In this document: piece by piece, positions 30,318 through 39,616 of the stretch
How positions within the stretch are numbered: the first letter of the stretch is position 1
Layout: the number at the start of each line of letters is the position of its first letter
From: Bdellovibrionales bacterium
Lineage (GTDB): Bacteria > Bdellovibrionota > Bdellovibrionia > Bdellovibrionales > UBA1609
Reading direction: 5' to 3'
Length of the DNA stretch: 64,000 bases
Assembly (NCBI GenBank): GCA_965199935.1
Contig: CBDATD010000002.1
Location: forward strand, 128,050 to 192,049
Position numbers and translations under genes: made by a program
Notes under the pieces: generated by a model
What the model was told of the DNA's origin: nothing
The model's input: only the letters and a program-made list of their open reading frames with translations
Databases searched by the model: none

Positions 30318-31490
30318 TTATCGGGAGGAATTTTTTGATTTTTCTAAATTATAAATTTTTTCAAGAGTGCTGTGGACAGCGCTGGGTATAATTTTTTTTC
30401 CATTGACAAAAAGAGCGGGGGTGCCTTGAATGTTCAGGTTTTTCCCCTCCGAAATCTGTTTAAAAACAGCGGTCGAGGCGGATGGATCTGATGTACAGTT
30501 TTGAAGGTCCGGCGCTTTCTGCATCGTGAGTTGGTCTTGAATTTGCTTTTTTATCTCCTCTGTGTTTTGCCTGAGCTGAATCCAATTTTCCTGTTGAGAG
30601 AAAATAAAATCTTGGAGTTTTAATTTTTCTTTGGAGCAGAAAACTGCTTTGGACAGGTAGCAGGAAGCGCTGTCCGGCTCTTCTTTTTCCTGACAGCCTC
30701 TTGGGTTTAATGGAAAGTGTACATATTCCAAACGCACATCATCTGGGTGTGCTTTTTGGAATGTTTTTAACACTCTGTAAACACGCCGGCAGTGGGGGCA
30801 TAAAAAATCAACAAACTCGGTGATGGTTAAAACAGCTTGAGAGCGTTCAGGGCCGGAGGAGAGATATGATTCTGAGGAGGTGTATTGAATTTCGGCTTCT
30901 TTCCAGTCCATAAAATTTGAGAGGGCCATGGATTTTTGAGCGGGGTAAAGCTGAAGACTCCATCCATGCAGCAGCAGAACAAAAATCCCTGTCGAAACAA
31001 TGATAATGCTTAAGACCTGAGCATCAGGCCGAAGACCCGTGAACGAAAAAAGCTGAGTTTTAGGCAATCCTCTTTTAAGGGGCCATAGAACCAGAAAAGA
31101 CAAAATATAACAGACAGAGCAGAGAGGGCAGAGCGTCTTGAGGATAAAGATAGAAATCACAAGCATGCAAACAGAACCGAGAGCGGAAAGAACAGCAATT
31201 CTCCAAACCCAGGAGGACCAGATGCTCTCCAGCCATCTCCACTGCAGGAGGATGAGGACGGTGAGGCAAAAGACATTGAGGGCTATGGCAAAGTGAGAAA
31301 TTGGTATGCCGAAAATTTCTGCAAAAGAGGAAGTCAGGGCTTGGTCGCAGTTCCAAGCGGCCCCTACTTCACATAAGTTGAGAAAAGCAGAGTCGGCTTT
31401 GAGGGCGTAGGAGCGAAGTGATAGATACGCTTGCACAGCCGCGGAGGAGCCTAGCAAAATAAGGTTTGGGATAAAAAATCTTTTTTTCAT
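30318..31490 (-). CDS. VKOR-domain / DsbA-like thioredoxin fusion (disulfide-bond formation)
   Basis: The N-terminal polytopic VKOR pattern is C-x6-C loop (LCEVGAAWNC), SSFAEIFGIPISHFAI, and a TM CxxC (LCPLCSVC). The C-terminal thioredoxin-fold motif is FVDFLCPHCRR. Confidence 0.7.
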   Translation of the reverse strand: MKKRFFIPNLILLGSSAAVQAYLSLRSYALKADSAFLNLCEVGAAWNCDQALTSSFAEIFGIPISHFAIALNVFCLTVLILLQWRWLESIWSSWVWRIAVLSALGSVCMLVISIFILKTLCPLCSVCYILSFLVLWPLKRGLPKTQLFSFTGLRPDAQVLSIIIVSTGIFVLLLHGWSLQLYPAQKSMALSNFMDWKEAEIQYTSSESYLSSGPERSQAVLTITEFVDFLCPHCRRVYRVLKTFQKAHPDDVRLEYVHFPLNPRGCQEKEEPDSASCYLSKAVFCSKEKLKLQDFIFSQQENWIQLRQNTEEIKKQIQDQLTMQKAPDLQNCTSDPSASTAVFKQISEGKNLNIQGTPALFVNGKKIIPSAVHSTLEKIYNLEKSKNSSR

Positions 31491-31586
31491 AGAGAAAATT
31501 GAAGATAGAAAATTGCTTGAAACTTGTCACTTGCGAATTTTTCCTTATAACGCAGAGCTAAATAACATTTTCTAAAGGGCTGTTTT

Positions 31587-32096
31587 ATGTCATATCTCTT
31601 AAGAGAGGGCTGGGGGATGGAGTTTTATTTAAAAGAGTTTTCGGAGGTGGAATCTGGAGGGGCGTCCGAGGGGTCTTCGCTCAAGGGGCCGTTTAATAGA
31701 AAACAGATTTTGCAGTTTTTATTTAGGAATTTGGTGACCGCAGAGACGAAGCTGTTAAAATCCCGGCGGTGGAAGAAGCTGTCTGCTTATTTTGATGTTT
31801 TCTCTGAGGATGGGAAATCTTCTTGGACTTTGCTGAAAAAATACAAAGGGCGTTTTATTCAGACGGGGTCTTACAGTCGGGAGGGGATTCAAAATTTATT
31901 GAAGAAGGGTTTTTTGTCGGATCAGGATTTTGTGTGGAGAGATGGTTTTTCTTCATGGAGGAGAATTTCTCTTTGTTCTGAGTTTCACACTCGTTTAGAA
32001 GGGGCTTTGGAGGATTTTATGGATCAAGAGTGTTTAAAAACCAGGCCTTCTCCTAAGGCTCTCGTGTATAAAAGAAAAGCTCCTCACATTTTTTAA
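31587..32096 (+). CDS. GYF_2-like domain protein
   Basis: There are two segments of the type G..s...i..l...G.l.....vWr.G...W..i (e.g. GSYSREGIQNLLKKGFLSDQDFVWRDGFSSWRRI). The start is uncertain (31587 or the ATG at 31617). Confidence 0.4.
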   Translation: MSYLLREGWGMEFYLKEFSEVESGGASEGSSLKGPFNRKQILQFLFRNLVTAETKLLKSRRWKKLSAYFDVFSEDGKSSWTLLKKYKGRFIQTGSYSREGIQNLLKKGFLSDQDFVWRDGFSSWRRISLCSEFHTRLEGALEDFMDQECLKTRPSPKALVYKRKAPHIF

Positions 32097-32109
32097 GAAA
32101 GACTGAAGT

Positions 32110-32871
32110 TCATGGAGCGGGGCCGGTGTTGCGAAGATTGTCATAAAAATATTGAATAAACATATTCACATCATCATTGAAATAAACAGTCCGCCCGGTG
32201 TATTTTGCATAAGCGCCCACAAGTTCAAAAAAATCTTCGTACGTATTGGTGGGAGATAAAGCTTCTCTCAAATTTGTTGTGAGTATGCGTGTTTCTTGGT
32301 AAAACCTAATGAAATCCTTCTCCACTGCGTTTCTATTTTCTGCATTTTTCTTCAAAACTTTATCAATCCAGTTGTGAAGGTGTTTTGGATGTTTGATGCC
32401 TAATTGGGCAAAAAACTGGTTCATTTTATTAAAATGTGTGTTCAACTGCTCGATTCTGTCCACAATATCTTTTCCGCGGTAAAAGGTCTTCCTATCAGAG
32501 GGGTTGATTTTGCCATTGATGAATTTTGCAATTAAATTTGAAGTTTCGTGTTCTAAATGAAGCAGTAAAGCGCCGATAAACTGATGATGCTCGTTCATGC
32601 TGTCTGCTATAATCTGTACAGCGAAAAGACGAAGAACGGCCTCTTCAGAATTTAAAAAAGGCAAAACCCATTTGCTAACAGAGGCGCTGTTTGGTTTTAT
32701 GCTTTTCATTTCCCTCAGTGCTTTTAACTGTCTTATTGTATCAGAGCTTTTAAGGTCTTGTTGAATACGCTGAACATCATTGACAATGTTGTTGAGGAAT
32801 TGATCGACGCACTCACTGCTGTAAGCAGGGTGGGAGAAGAGGGAGATAAAAAAACATAAACGAATCATCAA
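32110..32871 (-). CDS. hypothetical secreted protein
   Basis: 253 aa with an N-terminal signal-like segment (MMIRLCFFISLFSHPAYS). No recognisable catalytic motif. Confidence 0.45.
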   Translation of the reverse strand: MMIRLCFFISLFSHPAYSSECVDQFLNNIVNDVQRIQQDLKSSDTIRQLKALREMKSIKPNSASVSKWVLPFLNSEEAVLRLFAVQIIADSMNEHHQFIGALLLHLEHETSNLIAKFINGKINPSDRKTFYRGKDIVDRIEQLNTHFNKMNQFFAQLGIKHPKHLHNWIDKVLKKNAENRNAVEKDFIRFYQETRILTTNLREALSPTNTYEDFFELVGAYAKYTGRTVYFNDDVNMFIQYFYDNLRNTGPAP

Positions 32872-33070
32872 GCACTCGTACCACAGGCTTTATGGAAAAA
32901 GATACGTTAATTTAGTTTATTTGAATTTTTTTCAAAATCCCTGTTGGGATATTTTCTTGAAGGGGCCGCTCACCCTCGGAAGGGTTTTTCCGTAATTAAG
33001 ACACTTTGGAGCGGCCGGAAGAATGAACTGGACCTGAGAAGACTTTCTTTATAAGTCTTGTCAAAGCCCT

Positions 33071-33370
33071 TTGTGGCAGGTATCATGGCTGTTGCGGAGA
33101 AAAAGAGGGTTTGTTTTGATGAAGTTGTCGGCGTTTGGTGTAATGATTTTTCTATTTTCAGCCTGTGGTTTTCAGAACTCAAGTCCAGGCGGAGGCGGCG
33201 TGAGTGAAAGCCGGCTCAAACAAGAGGTGTTGGACAAAGCGGCTGGGTGCGGTGAATACACTCGTTCAGTGTATGAGAAAAACATAGAAATGCTTCAGCG
33301 AAGCTCTGATTTAAGCTCCAATCAGCGTCTTGATGTTTTGAGAAAAATGAAAGACCGCATAAACTGTTAG
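33071..33370 (+). CDS. putative small lipoprotein
   Basis: An internal Met gives MKLSAFGVMIFLFSACG (lipobox). The track ORF start at 33071 is probably too far upstream. Confidence 0.35.
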   Translation: MWQVSWLLRRKRGFVLMKLSAFGVMIFLFSACGFQNSSPGGGGVSESRLKQEVLDKAAGCGEYTRSVYEKNIEMLQRSSDLSSNQRLDVLRKMKDRINC

Positions 33371-33386
33371 AAACAAGGGGGGTATT

Positions 33387-33812
33387 GTGAAAAAATTATT
33401 GTTGCTGATTGTTTTTTATTTTTCCAGTTCGGTTTGGGCTGTAGAGTACGGAACTTATGCCTGGACAGGAGTGGGCTGTAGAGATTCGTCGCTGAATGAA
33501 GACAGCCATGTGACAAAGGCTGTGTCCTCCAATCCTGTGGGGGTTTCCTATGCTGTATTCAATATCAACAATGATGGAACAGCCAATATGCATGCTGTGA
33601 TTGACGATAAAGAACAAAAATTTTCGGACCGTTACATGGAAGCGAGGGATAGAATTGACATTTTACTTTCCATGGGAGACCAGATTGCGGGGACTTTCAC
33701 CCTTAATATTGTAAGGGACACTCTTGTCATTGTGGAAGAGGATGAAGAGGCTGCCGAAGAAATTTGTGGGTCTGATAAAAAGTATGTCTATGTTCTCGAT
33801 AGAGTGAATTAA
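33387..33812 (+). CDS. hypothetical secreted protein
   Basis: GTG start with the signal peptide MKKLLLLIVFYFSSSVWA. 141 aa. This is the last gene before the compositional change. Confidence 0.4.
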   Translation: MKKLLLLIVFYFSSSVWAVEYGTYAWTGVGCRDSSLNEDSHVTKAVSSNPVGVSYAVFNINNDGTANMHAVIDDKEQKFSDRYMEARDRIDILLSMGDQIAGTFTLNIVRDTLVIVEEDEEAAEEICGSDKKYVYVLDRVN

Positions 33813-33852
33813 ACCCAAATCCGGCTGGATGTTCAGGCATAGAGGAAAATCC

Positions 33853-33909
33853 GTCCATTTTTTAATACAGTAAAAAATAGACGAGTCCATTTTTTAATAC
33901 AGTAAAAAA
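33853..33909 (+). promoter_or_regulatory. pair of 25-nt direct repeats upstream of ATPase gene 33952
   Basis: GTCCATTTTTTAATACAGTAAAAAA occurs at 33853-33877 and again at 33885-33909, a 32-bp period. A TTGACT hexamer follows at 33915-33920. Confidence 0.5.
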
Positions 33910-33951
33910 CAGCCTTGACTGCTCTCAGCAGTATATGGTACAAGTGAACTC

Positions 33952-35100
33952 ATGAAGCGATGGATTGAACCTTATATTTTAAAAGATTTGTCTAAAAAAA
34001 TGGTTTTTTTAGGAGGCCCCAGGCAGGCGGGAAAGACCACTTTGGCTCAGGCTCTCCTTAAGAATTTTCCCTATAAAAAATCTAAAAAGGGCTTGTATTT
34101 GAATTGGGATTTTGACGAAGACAGATCCTCTATTTTGAAAAAAAAGTGGGATGAAGATCATCAAGTTATTGTGTTTGATGAGCTTCATAAATATAGATTT
34201 TGGAAAAACTGGATTAAAGGAGTGTATGACAAATATAAAGGGATGCATAAATTTTTAATCACTGGGAGTGCAAGGCTTGATATGTATAAAAAGGGGGGAG
34301 ATTCATTGTTGGGCCGTTACCATTATTGGAGGCTTCATCCCCTCACAATAGATGAAAGACCTTCAAAGATGAGCCGTAAAGAGGCTTTTAAAAGATTGAT
34401 GACAGTAGGAGGCTTTCCTGAGCCTTTTCTAGGAGGAAATGAACAGGAGGCCCGGCGGTGGAGAAGGGAGCGTTTTGACAGGATTTTAAAAGATGATATT
34501 AGAGATTTAGAATTTATAAAGAAAATTCAAGATTTAAGTTTGTTTGTGGATGTATTACGCCGCAAAGTAAGCCAGCTTGTTATTTTGTCCAACATTGCAA
34601 AACAAATACAAATTTCTCCGAGAACAGCTCAGCTGTGGCTTTCTGCTTTAGGGCGTATGTATGTTTGTTTTTGTATTTATCCCTATACGAGGCATTTAGC
34701 TCGGGCCGTGAGAAAACCTCCAAAAGTTTATTTCTTCGATAACGGAGATGTCATTTCTGAAGACAATGAGGGTTCTCGTTTTGAGAATCTTGTGGCGGCT
34801 CATCTTATAAAAAAAATGCATTTTTGGGAGGATGCAAAAGGCTTCAATATGGATTTAAGGTATATTAGAGATAAAGAATCTAGAGAAGTGGATTTTATTA
34901 TAATTAAGGAGGGTCGAGCGTGGGCTTTGGTGGAGGTAAAACTTTCGGATGATAAAATTTCAAAGTCTCTTCTTTACTATTCTGAAAAGCTCAAACCTAA
35001 ATATGCCATACAGATCACTGCAGATTTAAAACAAGAGTATAAGCAAAAAGGCTGTCGTGTTTTGCGTCTCGAAACAGCTTTGAAAGTTTTATTTGAATAG
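33952..35100 (+). CDS. AAA+ ATPase of the AAA_14/DUF4143 (COG1373-like) type
   Basis: 382 aa. Features are Walker A GGPRQAGKTTL and Walker B VIVFDELHKY, then GSARLDMYKKGGDSLLGRY and a C-terminal segment with REVDFII...ALVEVK (nuclease-fold-like). It is a paralog of 42142..43272. Confidence 0.8.
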   Translation: MKRWIEPYILKDLSKKMVFLGGPRQAGKTTLAQALLKNFPYKKSKKGLYLNWDFDEDRSSILKKKWDEDHQVIVFDELHKYRFWKNWIKGVYDKYKGMHKFLITGSARLDMYKKGGDSLLGRYHYWRLHPLTIDERPSKMSRKEAFKRLMTVGGFPEPFLGGNEQEARRWRRERFDRILKDDIRDLEFIKKIQDLSLFVDVLRRKVSQLVILSNIAKQIQISPRTAQLWLSALGRMYVCFCIYPYTRHLARAVRKPPKVYFFDNGDVISEDNEGSRFENLVAAHLIKKMHFWEDAKGFNMDLRYIRDKESREVDFIIIKEGRAWALVEVKLSDDKISKSLLYYSEKLKPKYAIQITADLKQEYKQKGCRVLRLETALKVLFE

Positions 35101-35296
35101 TTTAGAGGGAGATGGTGTTGTTTAGCGGTCTGCCCGCGGGCAGGCAAAACAAACTGATAGTCAGTGTATCGGATAAAGATACAGTCCCTTTGTCAATTTA
35201 GAGTGGGGCCAATTGTCAATTTCACAGAGGGGCAGTTGTTTTTTCCTCTTCTAGCGGCGCCTGAACCTTGATATAGAAAAACTGCATTTTTTGCTG

Positions 35297-35355
35297 ATTT
35301 TTCACAAAAATGCACGAAAATTGTTGATTTTTTCACAAAAATACACGAAAATTGT
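35297..35355 (+). promoter_or_regulatory. pair of ~29-nt direct repeats upstream of ATPase gene 35363
   Basis: GATTTTTCACAAAAATGCACGAAAATTGT (35297-35325) is repeated as GATTTTTTCACAAAAATACACGAAAATTGT (35326-35355). The second copy ends 8 nt before the ATG. Confidence 0.5.
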
Positions 35356-35362
35356 GATTACT

Positions 35363-36521
35363 ATGTACAAAAATCGAATTATTGATATTTCTGAAGATAA
35401 GAATATCCTCTTTTTTTGGTGTTCGAGGAAGCGGTAAAACAAAGCTTTTAAAACGTCTTTTTCCTTCAGCTCTGTACATTGATCTTTTAGATGAGACTCT
35501 TTATCAAGACTACCTCTCTAATATTGGGAAGTTTTATGAAACAGTCAGTGGTTTTAAAAATGACGGCTTGGTTATTGTGGATGAAGTTCAAAAAATGCCT
35601 AACCTGTTAAATGAGGTTCATCGGCTTATTGAATCTTCTCAGCGGCGATTTATTTTGACCGGATCTAGCGCAAGAAAAATTAAAAGCAGGGGAGTAAACC
35701 TTTTAGGAGGTCGAGCGGGTATAAAGCATCTTCACCCTTTCACTCCAGAAGAGCTGGGAGAGGATTTTAATTTAGATCAAGCTTTGCGTTATGGTTTAAT
35801 TCCCATTGTATGGTCTTCTCATGACAGGGATGACAAACTAAAAGATTATGCTGAAACCTATCTTAAAGAGGAGATAAAAGCAGAAGCTTTAGTAAGGCAT
35901 TTGCCTAGTTTTGTGCGTTTTTTACAAACGGCTGGTTTGTATCATGGGCAGGTTGTCAATATGAGTGCAGTTGCAAGAGAGTCTCAAATTTCAAGAGACT
36001 ATGTGCGTGAGTTTTTCTCTATTTTAGAAGATACAATGCTGGGGTTTTTTCTTCCCGCTTATTATCCAAAGCTTCGTTTGAGAGAGCAAAAGAGTTACAA
36101 ATTTTATTTGATTGATCCGGGTCTAGCGCGTGCTTTAAAGAAAAACTTTGGCCCTGTATCGACTGAGGAGAAAGGATTTCTTTTTGAAGGGCTTATGGCT
36201 CAGCTGTTGAGGACTTATAAAGACTACCGTGGTCTTTGTGAAGATATTTATTATTGGTCTTCTTTAGGGTCAAAACAGACAGAAGTAGATTTTCTTTTAA
36301 AAAGGGGGGAGGAATTAATAGCCATTGAAGCTAAAGCCAAAAATGACGTTTCTTCTCAGGATTACAAGGGGCTTAAAGCTATTGGTGAATTACCGGGTGT
36401 TAAAAGGAGAATTGTAGTTTACTTAGGAAAGACTATAAGAAAAACCCAAGAAGGCATTGAAATTTGGCCCTTTGATTTCTTTTGCCAAAACCTAAAAGAA
36501 AATTTTAAATCTAGTATTTAA
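35363..36521 (+). pseudogene. AAA+ ATPase (DUF4143-type, second subfamily), +1 shift in a T7 run near the 5' end
   Basis: The ATG at 35363 gives MYKNRIIDISEDKNILFF, after which the frame is lost in T7 (35411-35417). Removing one T joins it to GVRGSGKTKLL (Walker A), the frame of track ORF 35382..36521. Downstream are VIVDEVQKMP (Walker B) and TEVDFLL...IAIEAK. This could be a sequencing error rather than a true pseudogene. Confidence 0.7.
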
Positions 36522-37348
36522 TGTTCTCCTAACTCTGTGCAAACCTCATAGATGCAGTTCATTTGTCAGCTTGGGGAGGAGTCGTGGACTGCATCTCTTT
36601 AAGGGAGCAATCCAATCAGAGGGCGAGTTTTTATCCCAGTTCTTTAGTCTATTTATGCCAATTAATTTAGGAGATATAGTTTTTCTATTTGATAATCAAT
36701 TTTTTTAAAATTTTTTTCTGTTAAGATTAAAAACTTGAGAATATATAAGTTTTACCTATCATATCTTCACCTGTAAAAAATTAACTAATACGTAGATAAA
36801 CTTATTGTTGTATTTTTTGTTAAAATTTGGCAACCTCAGTTTCGCGGGTTGGTGTCATTGGAGGGTATAAATGCCGGAGAAAGAGAAAGGTAAAAAGAAT
36901 TTAATATTTAATTGGCTTGCAAAAGGAACTCGAGCTGAACCGTGGCCTACAGCTGAAGAAGTTGTTGAAAGCGATGAATTTAAGAAACTTCAGGAAATTG
37001 GCAAACGCCTGGTGCGGAACCGTAGCAATGACAATAAAAACGAAACCTCAAAATGAGTGTCGAAAACTCCCTACAGGGCATTCTCCTCCAATACCTCCAA
37101 AATAAAAATCACTCACACCGACATCCTGATTTTTTACTCTTTCTACATTGTCTCAAAGATATGTTCCAAACTCATACCTAGACTATATAAATTTTACATC
37201 TTTGATAAAAAAAAGAAATAGTCTAGTTTATTATCAGATTTCAACTTTTCAACTTTGTTTCTCATTTACATTTTTATGTATAATTTACAGTGGTGGTCCA
37301 CTCTCTCAACTTCTTGTGATACACTGGCGGTTCTTTGGAGAATGATCT

Positions 37349-37585
37349 ATGAATAAAAAAACATTTGGCGGTGTGATTTCATTTGCCTGTAGAAAAAAGA
37401 AGTTGAATCAAAAACAACTTGCTGAAAAAATTATTCGCGAAGACGGTGATCCTATTTCACCCCAATATTTGAACGACATTGAATATGACAGACGAAGCCC
37501 ATATGTAAGGATGGGATATGAAGGCCACCCTGGAGGCAGGGATGATCAAGGCAGTTTATGGAGTGTTTACACTTTTGAGCATTGA
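37349..37585 (+). CDS. XRE-family HTH protein, probably truncated or frameshifted after the HTH
   Basis: The XRE-type HTH is FACRKKKLNQKQLAEKIIREDGDPISPQYLNDIEYDRRSP. The remaining 25 aa (VRMGYEGHPGGRDDQG...) do not look like the usual continuation. Confidence 0.5.
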   Translation: MNKKTFGGVISFACRKKKLNQKQLAEKIIREDGDPISPQYLNDIEYDRRSPYVRMGYEGHPGGRDDQGSLWSVYTFEH

Positions 37586-37614
37586 CCTTATATTATTGAT
37601 ATTGCCAATTAAAT

Positions 37615-38394
37615 TTGTGTTTGTTCTTCTTAAAAAAGAGGAAGCTTGTGAGAAGATTAAAAGATCTGGGAGAAGAAAAACTTATTGATCAATTCAAGAA
37701 CAAATTATCATTAACTTCTTTTGTAGAAAAGAAGAAAAATTTATCTGATTATTTAGATAAAATTCCGTTTGTAGAAAAACGAAAAGGAGGAGAAGGAGAA
37801 CAATCTTATGTGGAAATTTGTACTTTTCTCAAACTAGGAATTCATTATAAAGCTTCACATTTGAAATGGACTGGTGGCCAACTGGAAGGAAATGAGTTTG
37901 ATGGAATATTATATTTTGATCAAGGTGAACAAAAAATTGAAATATCTGCATTGATTAACCCGGAAGAAATGAAGGATTATAGAAAAAAGTCCGGACATCA
38001 AGAGATTCCAAGAAGTATTGTAAAATCAATGAAAGAAATGAATGTTTCTGAAGATTTCCTTAGAAAATATTGGAAGTCCTATAAAAATCTAGAGGAGTCT
38101 TATTTGGGGTGTCCCACAACCATAGTAGAAGATTTTATATATGAGAGGTTGGTTTCTATTTTCAAAAAGAAAAATAACAAAAAATACAAAGGGTTTTGGC
38201 TTGTTATTTCTTATGAACCTAATTTCTCTTTAGAATATTTTAGCGATGACTGTATTAAAAAATATATTTTCAAAAAAATAAAAAGTGACAATAACTTCAA
38301 ACATCTAAAAGATATTTTTAAAAAAATAATCTTCCTGCCATATCACGAAGTAAAGGGGCATAAAATTTTTGAATTGGATAAACCTTATTTTTGA
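37615..38394 (+). CDS. hypothetical protein (has a decayed paralog at 57404..57910)
   Basis: ~250 aa with no recognisable domain. The likely true start is the GTG at 37648, which has a GAGGA RBS and is where homology with the second copy begins. Confidence 0.5.
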   Translation: MCLFFLKKRKLVRRLKDLGEEKLIDQFKNKLSLTSFVEKKKNLSDYLDKIPFVEKRKGGEGEQSYVEICTFLKLGIHYKASHLKWTGGQLEGNEFDGILYFDQGEQKIEISALINPEEMKDYRKKSGHQEIPRSIVKSMKEMNVSEDFLRKYWKSYKNLEESYLGCPTTIVEDFIYERLVSIFKKKNNKKYKGFWLVISYEPNFSLEYFSDDCIKKYIFKKIKSDNNFKHLKDIFKKIIFLPYHEVKGHKIFELDKPYF

Positions 38395-38556
38395 AGGCGA
38401 GCGATATAGGAGTTACAAAGATGTGAGTTCTTATATGGGATCTGTGTTGAAAAGAGGAACATATTTTTACTAGATTCATCAAAGAAAAAACTTGTCTTCT
38501 GTCCAAATCCTCTTAGAATGAAGCTTTTACTCTGTCAGCAGAAGGGTTAGTTTTTT

Positions 38557-39609
38557 ATGTCAAAATCAAGCAAGCCCAAGAGCTTAAAATCTCAAATCGC
38601 CAAAAAATCTGTTAATCATCATGATTTATTTTTCAAAAGTTTTTACTCTAAGCCTGATTTTGCTTTGGAGCTGTTTCAGCTTATTTTCCATAAAGAGGAA
38701 TTGAAAGCCTATAATTGGAAGCATTTAAAAACAGAAAAGGACAGCTTAAAGGAAAAAAGAGCTGATCTTGTCTTTTCTGTGCCTTTGAAGGCGAAACCAA
38801 ACAACAGAGTTAAAATTTTCATCCTGTTAGAACACAAATCCTATTACGACCCAGGTCTTTTCAGCCAGCTTTTGTACTATCAAACCATGCTTCATGAGGA
38901 AAGCCTTAAGTCCGGTTCTATCTCTCCTATTATCCCGGTAGTGTTCTATCATGGAAAAATCCCATGGAAATGGGCAAAAACCTTTCAGGAAACAGCCTAC
39001 AAAGGCTTTCTCTCAAAAATTCCTGCTAGATCTAGAAAAAATATGTTAAATTATGGGATAAAGCTGTTGGATGTTCATGATTTGAAGCTGAAGGGAGTTT
39101 TTAGAAATAAGAGCTTTAAAAGTCGCGGTGCCTTGTATTTGTTGCGTCGGATATGGAATATAAAGCTTACTAGAGCTGAGTTAAAAGAGGTGCTGGCGCT
39201 GTTTGGTGATTTGTCTAGCGACAGGCAAAATAAGCTGATAGCCAGTGTATCGGATTATTTGAGGTCGGTGCTGAAAGCTGGCAAAGAGTTTAAAAAGCTG
39301 TGGCAAACTGTGGAGAAAGAACTTATAGAACAGGGTATTTTTAAAAAAGGAGGTTATATGGATACATTGCAATATGTTGAAGAAAGAGGTCGTATAAAGG
39401 GTTTGCGAAAAGGCCGTCAGGAAGGCCGTCAGGAAGGCCGTCAAGAAGGCCGTCAGGAAGGCCGTCAAGAAGGCCGGAAGGAAGGCCATCAAGAAGGCCG
39501 TCAGGAAGTGATTTTAAATATGCTGAAGAAAAAGGCTGACATAAATTTTATCTCAGAGGTAACTGGGCTGCCTGTGAAAGAGATTAAAAAGCTCAAAAAC
39601 GGCTCTTAA
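38557..39609 (+). CDS. Rpn/YhgA-like recombination-promoting nuclease (PD-(D/E)XK, 'putative transposase' family)
   Basis: The N-terminal pattern is HHDLFFKSFYSKPDFALELFQLIF...RADLVFSVPLK...IFILLEHKS...IIPVVFYHG. A C-terminal (GRQE)8 repeat precedes the final helix. Confidence 0.85.
   Translation: MSKSSKPKSLKSQIAKKSVNHHDLFFKSFYSKPDFALELFQLIFHKEELKAYNWKHLKTEKDSLKEKRADLVFSVPLKAKPNNRVKIFILLEHKSYYDPGLFSQLLYYQTMLHEESLKSGSISPIIPVVFYHGKIPWKWAKTFQETAYKGFLSKIPARSRKNMLNYGIKLLDVHDLKLKGVFRNKSFKSRGALYLLRRIWNIKLTRAELKEVLALFGDLSSDRQNKLIASVSDYLRSVLKAGKEFKKLWQTVEKELIEQGIFKKGGYMDTLQYVEERGRIKGLRKGRQEGRQEGRQEGRQEGRQEGRKEGHQEGRQEVILNMLKKKADINFISEVTGLPVKEIKKLKNGS
39412..39507 (+). repeat. 8 x 12-bp tandem repeat (GGCCGTCAGGAA) inside the Rpn-like gene
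   Basis: Read directly from the sequence. It encodes GRQEGRQEGRQEGRQEGRQEGRKEGHQEGRQE. The antisense 'AFLT' ORF in the track is its shadow. Confidence 0.95.
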
Positions 39610-39616
39610 AAATCAA

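Noticed and set aside
36551-36598. Inverted repeat GATGCAGT ... ACTGCATC downstream of ATPase gene 35363..36521 as a terminator
   Set aside because: The stem is only 8 bp, the loop is ~30 nt, and no T-tract follows. This is not convincing as an intrinsic terminator.
36871-37345. Small track ORFs 36871..37056, 36917..37105 and 37148..37345
   Set aside because: They are short, overlap one another in different frames within an AT-rich non-coding stretch, and have no motifs or convincing RBS. I left them unannotated.
39181-39492. Minus-strand ORF encoding (AFLT)n repeats
   Set aside because: It is the antisense shadow of the 12-bp (GRQE)n repeat inside the well-supported Rpn-like gene.
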